From positions 113,605-177,604 of the forward strand of contig CAWECD010000013.1 in NCBI GenBank assembly GCA_963807575.1: DNA of 64,000 nucleotides. Reading direction: 5' to 3'. A program made the position numbers and the translations under genes. Source of the DNA: an uncultured Acidimicrobiaceae bacterium. GTDB lineage: Bacteria; Actinomycetota; Acidimicrobiia; Acidimicrobiales; Bog-793. The notes under the pieces were generated by a model, which made no database searches, had not been told where the DNA came from, and saw nothing but the letters and a program-made list of their open reading frames with translations. This document shows, piece after piece, positions 9,415 to 16,541 of this stretch. Positions within the stretch are counted from its first letter, which is position 1. Every line of letters starts with the position of its first letter.

Positions 9415-9720
9415 CTACCCGCGTCTGAGCGAGAGTGCCAAGCTCGGAAAGACAAACGACGCGAGAAAGATCGGCAGAAACCTCTTTCCGGTGCATCGGA
9501 AGGTTACGGTCTCACCCTCGGCGGCATCGAAGGTGTAAGTCCGGCTGGAGTTTCGGCCATTGCGAACTTGTAGAGCGTGACGTCCAGGTTCGACTGGTAC
9601 CTCGATCGTCTCGTTCATTTCGAGCGATCCGGCAGGTTGTCCGTCAACCATGATCTCGTACGTGCCACGTCGCACCTCGACTCCGATGGCTTTATGCGTC
9701 AGCTTCAGCGTTGCGGCCAT
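9415..9720 (-). CDS. Hypothetical small protein with C-terminal hydrophobic segment
   Basis: This is ORF 9415..9777 with the start moved to the ATG at 9720 (MAATLKLTHKAIGVEV...). The C-terminus FLPIFLASFVFPSLALSL looks like a TM helix. I recognise no family. Confidence 0.4.
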   Translation of the reverse strand: MAATLKLTHKAIGVEVRRGTYEIMVDGQPAGSLEMNETIEVPVEPGRHALQVRNGRNSSRTYTFDAAEGETVTFRCTGKRFLPIFLASFVFPSLALSLRRG

Positions 9721-10159
9721 TGTTGATCTCCTTGTGTTCTGGAAGGTGTTGTCCCTGGGTGCTCGGCGACAACGCACTGTGGGGTGTCAATACCCGGGCG
9801 CATGACCTAACGTCCGGGGGGCAGGCGTCTTCTACCGCCCGTCCCCGAATATCGGCGGCCGAGGTCGGTCGGGTGCCCTCAACCGCCGGGTTGATGACAC
9901 ACATAATGACCTAACTCGCCACACGAATGCGGGCGCGCGAATCGGCGTCACGCGCTTCGACAAGGTGAGCCGATGTTCGATCCACACGAGCAAGGGCGCC
10001 CGCTGGGGCAGGTCCGCGTCGTCCGGCTGCTAAACCTGTTCGTGTTCGGCGAGGTCGGCGATAGCCGATCTGTTCCCGTCGCCGCTTCCCGGCGCGGTCT
10101 CGTCACAGCCGGTGATCCCTGCCGTAGCCGAATACTCGCTGGATCTGAAAGGAATTGGC

Positions 10160-11266
10160 GTGAAGGTAGCTCCCTTTCGCATCGAGAAGTACTACGAGCG
10201 CCATGAATTCACGACCGGCTACATGCTGTCCAGCAGCGACTGCGAGTCACGCACGATCCGCGAGCTACTGAGCTTCGAGCCCGACGCCAGTGACAGGCTT
10301 CTCGAACTGCGTTGCGGCTACACCGAGTCGCCCGGCTCTTTGGAGCTGCGAGAGGCGATCGCCGCCATCTACGACACGATCCAAGCCGACGAGGTGGTCG
10401 TCACGACCTGCGCCGAAGAGGCGATCTTCCTCCTGTACCACGTCCTGCTCGGTCCGGGCGACCAGGCTGTGGTCGAGACGCCCTGTTACGAGTCCGCCCT
10501 GCAGCTCGCCCGGAGCACCGGAGCCGAAGTGCGCGAGTGGCGCCGGTCCTACGAGGATCGCTGGACACACGACCTCGGCTCGCTGGGTTGCCTGGTAGAA
10601 CCGGGCACGCGCGGCCTGTACGTCAACCAGCCGCACAACCCGACGGGAACCTTGATGGACCGGGCCACCTACGATGCCGTGGTCGAGCTCGCACAGGACC
10701 GGGGGGTCACGCTATTTAGCGACGAGGTCTACCGTGAGCTCGAACACGACCCGAACGATCGCCTGCCCGCCGCGTGTGACCGCGATGAGCGCGCGGTCTC
10801 GCTCGGCAGCGTGTCGAAGAGCTACGGGCTACCGGGCCTCCGCACCGGCTGGATCGCCACTCATGACGACAAGTTGCGGCGAGCGGTGATCGATCTGAAG
10901 CACTACACGACGATCTGCGCCAGCGCCCCGAGCGAGCAGCTGTCGGCGCTCGCCCTGCGGCATCGGGGCGAGCTACTCGCCCGCAACAGCGCGATCGTCA
11001 GGCGAAATTTGGGATTGCTGGATGGTTTCTTCAGCCGTCATGCCGAGGCGTTCGAGTGGGTACGGCCGGTCGCGAGCCCGATCGGGTTTCCTCGCGTGCA
11101 CGGGCTCGGTGACGTCGACCGGCTTTGTGAGCGCCTCGCCGAGGCTGGCGTCCTGCTCCTTCCGGGCTCGGTCTATGACGAGCCCGATCACGTCAGATTC
11201 GGGTTCGGGAGGGCGAACCTACCGGAGGCGCTAGCCGTCCTCGAAAAGGCGTTGCTTATCCGTTAG
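10160..11266 (+). CDS. Pyridoxal-phosphate-dependent aminotransferase (class I/II)
   Basis: Motifs are NQPHNPTG, the SVSKSYGLPGLRTGW PLP-lysine region and a C-terminal RFGFGR. I chose the GTG at 10160, which lies 6 nt after GAAAGGA. The track ORF starts at 10112. Confidence 0.85.
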   Translation: MKVAPFRIEKYYERHEFTTGYMLSSSDCESRTIRELLSFEPDASDRLLELRCGYTESPGSLELREAIAAIYDTIQADEVVVTTCAEEAIFLLYHVLLGPGDQAVVETPCYESALQLARSTGAEVREWRRSYEDRWTHDLGSLGCLVEPGTRGLYVNQPHNPTGTLMDRATYDAVVELAQDRGVTLFSDEVYRELEHDPNDRLPAACDRDERAVSLGSVSKSYGLPGLRTGWIATHDDKLRRAVIDLKHYTTICASAPSEQLSALALRHRGELLARNSAIVRRNLGLLDGFFSRHAEAFEWVRPVASPIGFPRVHGLGDVDRLCERLAEAGVLLLPGSVYDEPDHVRFGFGRANLPEALAVLEKALLIR

Positions 11267-11590
11267 CAGTTCGTTTGGCGGCCGTCACATGCGACATCGC
11301 GTCATGTTTGCCGGAAAGCACTTTCCCCGCCCACACATAGTGAGGTGTTCCGCGACATGTCATAGATCCTAAACGATGAGGCATCGCGCGGGTGAATAGT
11401 CAGGCAGGCGGACCAAGAGCTCGCGGCAAAGTGCTTCCAACGCTGGGCCACGTGCCCAAGCGCAGCAGTGGCACAGCTGACTAACACCAGGTGTCAACGG
11501 CGTCGCTCTGGTAGTCCTTATCGGGTGCTTGTCCATGAGCCTGGCTCTGCCTACGCCCGCGTATGCCAATTCGCATGAAGAGAAGCCCCG

Positions 11591-12100
11591 CCTGTACCCA
11601 AGGTCTGGTACACCGGCGACGGCATCTCTATCCCGGGAGGTGGCACCGTCGTGCTGCTCACCCATCCCGACAAGCACGGGGTGTTCCGGCTGACCGGCCC
11701 GGCCCCGCTGCAGTTCAAGCAACAGGTGGCCTGTGGCGACTTGGGCTGTGTCTACAACCACTTGGACTGGAGCCTGTCTTCCGGTGCGGCGATCTCGGGC
11801 TGCGGGACCAACGAGTCCACCTGTGACGTGCGGGTCGGAACTGGGTACGGTTGGTCCGGCGTCATGGTCCGCCAAAGTAACAACCCGCCCCTCATCTACC
11901 TGCTCTGGAACTCGGGCAAACCGGGCGGCACGATAAGCGGATACGTGACAGACCTGGACCACGTCGGCGTCCCCGGGGCATCGGTGACAGCCAGTGGCCC
12001 GGGGGGTGGCACCAGCCCGGTGCAAGGCGGCTCTGGCTTCTATTCGATCAAGCTCACGCTTGGCACCGTCCCCGGTCCGTTCGAGCTCTCGGCCTGGGCG
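11591..12100 (+). pseudogene. Possible decayed gene for a secreted protein (5' frame break, 3' end lost near 12100)
   Basis: The frame from 11591 reads PVPKVWYTGDGISIPGGG...GTISGYVTDLDHVGVPGASVTASGPGGG...GFYSIKL, with a CarboxypepD_reg-like feel. A signal-peptide-like stretch (GVNGVALVVLIGCLSMSLALPTPAYA, about 11490-11567) lies upstream in another frame, behind a stop. Past about 12100 the track ORF 11651..12676 is just antisense of the doc/RHH genes. Confidence 0.25.
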
Positions 12101-12289
12101 GGGCGCATAGCACCGCCGCCTGATCGACAAAGTCGGGATAGAACTCGACACCGCCGAAACAAGCCTGGGGAGCGGCCAGCGCGGACTCTGCGAGCTCGAT
12201 CCTCGATGTCCGCGCCAGGAGTTCAGCGCGCACTCCCGTCACAGCTCAGCGATGAGCAAGAAATCCGTGAGATCAAGGAACTGCGTCAC
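12054..12289 (-). pseudogene. doc: Doc/Fic-family toxin remnant (frameshifted, truncated before the Fic motif)
   Basis: The GTG at 12289 overlaps the antitoxin stop (GTGA). It reads VTQFLDLTDFLLIAEL and then hits a stop. One frame over it continues VTGVRAELLARTSRIELAESALAAPQACFGGVEFYPDFVDQAAVLCA, a good match to Doc N-terminal halves. After about 12101 it turns into Arg/Pro junk, and no HxFx(D/E)GNxR motif follows. Confidence 0.6.
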
Positions 12290-12501
12290 TTGGCCAAGCG
12301 CTCAAGGATCTCTCGGTCCTCGGCAATCAGTTCGGCTATACGACGTTTGAACGATTCGTCCTTGCGTCGCTCTGTGATGCGCGCAGCGAGAGCCTCGCGC
12401 ACGAACTCGTTTACTGACACACCCTCGGCGCGCGCGGCCACTTCGGCCTCTCGAGCCTCCAAGGGATCCATTCGCAGAGTAAGAACTTTTCGCTCCTTCA
12501 T
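12286..12501 (-). CDS. Ribbon-helix-helix (CopG/Phd-like) antitoxin
   Basis: 71 aa: MKERKVLTLRMDPLEAREAEVAARAEGVSVNEFVREAL... This is the beta-strand plus two-helix RHH pattern, and its stop overlaps the doc remnant start. Confidence 0.75.
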   Translation of the reverse strand: MKERKVLTLRMDPLEAREAEVAARAEGVSVNEFVREALAARITERRKDESFKRRIAELIAEDREILERLAK

Positions 12502-12676
12502 GCCATCAAGATATCAAACAGCCAAGATGGCACACTACTCTCGCCAGTGCCGCGAACGGCCCTGGAGAGCCAAATCGCAGATCCGCGACGTCGCCTCTCC
12601 GTCCTCACCGACCTCCTGGAAAGATCCGACCGCAGATTCCCTGCCGCGTCGCTTGGTGTGGTGTGATCATTGGTGA

Positions 12677-13354
12677 GTGGAAGACACCGCCTATTACAAG
12701 GACCACCTGGCTGCCGAGCGGCTTCAGCAGTGCTATCAGCTCGCGCCGGCACGTGTGGAGCAGTACCTTCGCGCCGAGGTCGAGTTCGTAGTGGCGCGGT
12801 TGCGTGCTCATGACGTCGTGCTGGACCTCGGATGCGGCTACGGACGCACCATGCCGGCCTTCGCTGGGTCGTCGCGTCTGACCGTCGGCACCGACAACTC
12901 ACTTGACAGCCTTCGGCTGGCCCAACAGCGACTTGGTCCAGCGACAAACTGCGGCCTCCTGTGCGCCGACGCGAAGCAGCTCGGGTTCGCGGCCGCGTCC
13001 TTCGACCGGGTCGTCTGCATCCAGAACGGGATCTCCGCCTTTCACGTCGACCGGCGGATGCTGGTTCGAGAGGTAGTCCGCGTGCTGCGTCCCCACGGTA
13101 TGGCGCTGTTCTCCACCTACTCGGACCGGTTCTGGGAAGACCGCCTGGACTGGTTCGAGCGTCAGTCCGCTGCCGGCCTCATCGGAGATATCGATCGGAT
13201 CGCCACTGGCGACGGGGTCATCGTGTGCAAGGACGGCTTCACCGCGGGGACCGTGCACGCCGAGGAGTTCCGCACACTCGTCGCCGACCTCGATGTGAAG
13301 CTCGAGTCCTTTGAAGTCGATGACTCCAGCGTCTTCTACCTGGTGAACGTCTGA
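12677..13354 (+). CDS. Class I SAM-dependent methyltransferase
   Basis: 225 aa with a GTG start, the SAM-binding motif VLDLGCGYGR and the post-I/II motifs DRVVCIQNG and LRPHGMALF. Confidence 0.85.
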   Translation: MEDTAYYKDHLAAERLQQCYQLAPARVEQYLRAEVEFVVARLRAHDVVLDLGCGYGRTMPAFAGSSRLTVGTDNSLDSLRLAQQRLGPATNCGLLCADAKQLGFAAASFDRVVCIQNGISAFHVDRRMLVREVVRVLRPHGMALFSTYSDRFWEDRLDWFERQSAAGLIGDIDRIATGDGVIVCKDGFTAGTVHAEEFRTLVADLDVKLESFEVDDSSVFYLVNV

Positions 13355-13436
13355 CGCTCCCCACGGCGAAGCCAGCCGGTATCCGGCGCTATCGGCCCGG
13401 CGTCCGTTGTACTTCCTCAGATATGGCGGGCACTTA

Positions 13437-13874
13437 TCACCTTGGGGCGGACTCCCCGACCTGGCTCGGCCACGGGTCGTCGAGAACTCCGAGCTGGATG
13501 AACAGGCCCAGCTTGTCGGCACCAATCCATTCACTGACGACCCGGTCACCCTCGAAGTGCATGATGTCAACCACCCACTCCTCTACCGCTCGCCCGGTCG
13601 GAGGTCGTCCCAGGTAACCTCCAGTGTCGGTCCCCCGAAACGTGAGCCTGATCACGACCGTGTCGCCGGCCACGATCAGCTCTTCGACATCGAGGTGCAA
13701 GTCCGGGAACGCGGCGTGGTAGTGCCGGATGGGCTCGACTCTCCCGGAAGGACCTGTCCCGAAGGGATTGACGTAGCTCTCGCCGTAGAGGTCGGCGGCA
13801 GCTTCGTAGTTTCGGCCATTCCAGACTTCCCTGACGAAATTCCGCACCTGCGTGTCGCGTTCGGCCGCGTCCAT
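13437..13874 (-). CDS. SnoaL-like ester cyclase family protein
   Basis: This is ORF 13437..13997 with the start moved to the ATG at 13874 (MDAAERDTQVRNFVREVWNGRNYEAAADLY...). Motifs HYHAAFPDLHLDVEELIVAGDTVV and W..DIMHFEGDRV are typical of predicted ester cyclases. Confidence 0.7.
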   Translation of the reverse strand: MDAAERDTQVRNFVREVWNGRNYEAAADLYGESYVNPFGTGPSGRVEPIRHYHAAFPDLHLDVEELIVAGDTVVIRLTFRGTDTGGYLGRPPTGRAVEEWVVDIMHFEGDRVVSEWIGADKLGLFIQLGVLDDPWPSQVGESAPR

Positions 13875-14412
13875 CGTGTACCCCGATCCGCTCCCCGGTG
13901 GGGAGGCCACACGAACCCTACGGCCGGATGAGTTGATAGGGGGTCGGAACGTGGCGACGGGGTCGTGGTGCTGGCGTCGCGCCGGACGTGGAACCACTGC
14001 GCAACTCGTCGGCTACACCGGCGACGTTGGTCTCGACGCTTGGAATCGGCAGGCGCTTCGACAAAGTGCCGAGCTCAACCAGGTAGCTCACCACGGGGGC
14101 GGTGCCGAAATGGGCTGAGCCTATGAACAACGCCTGGCGACCCGCCGGCTATGGCGTCAGTCGTATACCGATCACCGCGCGTTGTCCCGGCTCACAGCCT
14201 TGCGCGAATACCACGCTGCTCCTTCCGCTATTGCCGAACTTGCAGCAGGATCCTTGCTTTCGCTCCGCATCCGGCGTCCGCGCGGCTGCACACCGGACGT
14301 TCGAATGGGCATGAGCTCACGAATTCCGGTGGCACATTCAACAGGAACACAAGAGCGGTCGGCTGCTGATGTCGGTATAGGCGCCTCGGATTCCGCCAGC
14401 CCGGGGCGCGTG

Positions 14413-14817
14413 TCAGCTGGTCTTGCGTCGCGGCTCGTCCGAAATGAGCAGCTGATGGACGCGCTGATGCGAGATGCCGAGGATCGCGGCCGCGTCTCGC
14501 ATGCTGATCCCGCGGCTGGCGAGCGCTACCGCTGCTCTCTTGGTCGTCTCGATGGCCAGGCGGTCGGCGCTGCGGGCTTGCACTCGGGCTTGCCGGGCCT
14601 GCTCGACGGTCCGCCCGGCCGCCTTGGGTAGCACCGGACTGGGGATCAGGTCGATAGAGGCTTCGTCGGTCTGGAACCACAAGGCGGCCGCCTCGCGCAT
14701 GCGTGCGAGGGCCTGGTCGACGGTCTTGCCCCAGGTGTGCACCCGCGGTTCCTCCTCGAGCTCAACCGACCAGCGTCCGTCTTTCTCCTGTTCGAGGCGG
14801 GCAGTGTAAGTCCTCAC
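14413..14817 (-). CDS. hicB: HicB-family antitoxin with C-terminal HTH
   Basis: The GTG at 14817 lies 4 nt after GGAGGA. The N-terminus VRTYTARLEQEKDGRWSVELEEEPRVHTWGKTVDQALARMREAAALWF is HicB/UPF0150-like. The C-terminal ISMRDAAAILGISHQRVHQLL is an HTH. Confidence 0.75.
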   Translation of the reverse strand: MRTYTARLEQEKDGRWSVELEEEPRVHTWGKTVDQALARMREAAALWFQTDEASIDLIPSPVLPKAAGRTVEQARQARVQARSADRLAIETTKRAAVALASRGISMRDAAAILGISHQRVHQLLISDEPRRKTS

Positions 14818-14852
14818 GTTGTCCTCCGTCTTGTTCGTCTTGGTGCCCGCGG

Positions 14853-15053
14853 TCACTGGGTGACCCACTTGGGGCCGAGGCACGGCTCAAGGTCCCGCTC
14901 GATGGATCTGAGCGTTCCTGGAGTGAGGTCGCCCACGTGCAAGGGGATCACGGTCTGGCAGTTGCCTCACCGCCAGATCTGGTGGGATCCCCGCTGGCGC
15001 ACGGACCGGCAGCTCAGCTCTCGGAGCTTGCGGATGAGCGCCCGTGAGGTCAC
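14853..15053 (-). pseudogene. hicA: HicA-family mRNA interferase toxin gene with in-frame TGA at codon 29
   Basis: My own translation from the GTG at 15053 gives VTSRALIRKLRELSCRSVRQRGSHQIWR*GNCQTVIPLHVGDLTPGTLRSIERDLEPCLGPKWVTQ*. Both halves are in one frame and together match the HicA layout (GSH...PxH...GTLRSI). The TGA is at 14969-14967. The track misses it because each half is under 60 aa. Confidence 0.65.
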
Positions 15054-15086
15054 GGCGTGAGTCTATGTGTCTAGACGTGAATTCGT

Positions 15087-15501
15087 CTAATCACCTAGAC
15101 GACGGGGCGTGGCCGAAGGTTCCGGGCTGATCCGCGGTGTGCACGTATCGGTCGGCGCCGCCGACGGGCCAGTACGCGCCGCGGTGTAGTTGCTGATGAA
15201 CACGTATGGGTTGACAGTGCTCGGCCAGCGCCGAGAGCGTTCGTCGAGCCCGGTGGCGAGGTGGCCAGCGGTCGGAGCGACGAGCGCGGCCAGGCAGGCA
15301 CAGGCTGGTCCGGTTTTGTTGATTGGCCCACGCAGCGTCGCGATGCCCATGGGCGCCGGCTAGCGGAACGTCAGTGATGTCCTGCCTCGTGATCTCGTGC
15401 AACTCGTCGGCTATCGGCCTGGCGAGCCGGGCGATCTGCGCGACGAACCACGTTTCGACTGCAGGGTCCCGGTCGTCGTCCAGACTTCCGCACGCCGCCA
15501 T
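15087..15501 (-). pseudogene. Possible recombinase/integrase-associated gene remnant (multiple frame breaks)
   Basis: Three overlapping minus-strand ORF fragments sit in different frames. One reads RRWPSTVNPYVFISNYTAARTGP, which resembles a motif I associate with actinobacterial integrase-linked proteins. This is weak and from memory only. Confidence 0.2.
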
Positions 15502-15654
15502 GACCTCAACGACATCGTCTAAACCTTGCCGGGAGCCGGCAGTTCTCCGGCGAGGCGCGACGCCTGTGTTCGCGGCGTCGGCCTGTTCGATGCACGGCCT
15601 GTCTACGATGAAGCTAGGAGTCAGGACCTGGCTGCCGTACGATCGGCACCGTCG

Positions 15655-15930
15655 TTGCTGTTGTTACGTGCGCACCGCGACGAGATCCTTCGTGCCGCTA
15701 CCAATCGCGGTGTATCGAACATCAGGGTCTTCGGGTCAGTGGTCCGTGGCGATGCGACTCCGACCAGTGACATCGATCTTCTTGTCGACTTCGAGCGAGG
15801 ACATCGAGGTCTCGACCTGTTCGCGTTCGCTCGCGAGGTGGAAGAGCTCCTTGGTTATCCCGTCGAGGTCGGGACTGGGATCGACGAAGTGGTTCGCTCG
15901 CGCATCGAGTCGCAGCTCGTTCAGTTGTGA
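15655..15930 (+). CDS. MNT-type nucleotidyltransferase antitoxin
   Basis: It has FGSVVRGDATPTSDIDLLVDF (GSxxRG...DxD). I chose the in-frame TTG at 15655, giving about 91 aa, which suits the family. The track ORF starts at 15526. Confidence 0.8.
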   Translation: MLLLRAHRDEILRAATNRGVSNIRVFGSVVRGDATPTSDIDLLVDFERGHRGLDLFAFAREVEELLGYPVEVGTGIDEVVRSRIESQLVQL

Positions 15931-16313
15931 CCGAACACGACGACGCGCTTCACCTACCGCACATCGACGCCGCAGCCGCTCAAATTGAGCAAACAGCGCT
16001 ATTGCGCGGCAGGGCTGCTCTGGACAGTGACTTCGAACTTCGCGACGCGACCCTGTACCGCCTTCAGACCTTGGCTGAGTCGTCGCAACGCCTCTCGTCC
16101 TTCAAGCAAGCCCACCCGGAGATCCCATGGAACGACATAGCTGGGTTTCGTAATCGAGTCGTGCACGGCCACCTGACAATCGATCTCGACATCGTGTGGG
16201 ATATCGTCGAGCGCGAGGTCCATCCCCTTGGCCAGTGCGCGCGACTCGAGCTCGGTCGCCGGCGAGAGCCGGAAGGCCCGAAACGTCGCACGGGCTTGGA
16301 CCTCGGCCTGTGA
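15927..16313 (+). CDS. HEPN-domain (DUF86/HepT-like) toxin
   Basis: The GTG start overlaps the MNT stop (GTGA). It has the RX4H motif in GFRNRVVHGH and is 128 aa. Confidence 0.8.
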   Translation: MTEHDDALHLPHIDAAAAQIEQTALLRGRAALDSDFELRDATLYRLQTLAESSQRLSSFKQAHPEIPWNDIAGFRNRVVHGHLTIDLDIVWDIVEREVHPLGQCARLELGRRREPEGPKRRTGLDLGL

Positions 16314-16395
16314 CGTCCGTCGGTTTGGCGGACCGACGCGCTATAGCCGAGCACCAGGTTCCCGTGAAAGTTGTTCGACTTGTTCTAGAAGTCTT

Positions 16396-16424
16396 TTGCT
16401 AGTGTTCTAAGACTAGAGTATGAT
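16396..16424 (+). promoter_or_regulatory. Putative sigma-70-type promoter TTGCTA-N17-TATGAT with embedded CTAGT-N8-ACTAG inverted repeat
   Basis: The -35 is 16396-16401 and the -10 is 16419-16424. The inverted-repeat arms are 16399-16403 and 16412-16416. The layout is the same as at 19447-19475. Confidence 0.45.
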
Positions 16425-16541
16425 GGCTGAATCGTCGCCGACCGCATGTGGCCTCGAGCTGCTGCAACAAGACGGAGGCCCAAGAAATGGGCCGCGCTGG
16501 AACGTTCTTCAGCACCGTCTCGATCATGAAGGAACGGCGAA

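Noticed and set aside
13918-14130. 70-codon minus-strand ORF in the gap between the ester cyclase and hicB
   Set aside because: It has no RBS and no family resemblance. It sits in a composition-shifted gap that may be decayed DNA, so I left it unannotated.
9124-16400. Search for a second copy of the tRNA-Ser 3' end (attR) to delimit an island
   Set aside because: I found no convincing repeat of ggttcgaatcccactccctccg by eye. The island idea is therefore kept only as an inference in the findings, not as a mobile_element feature.
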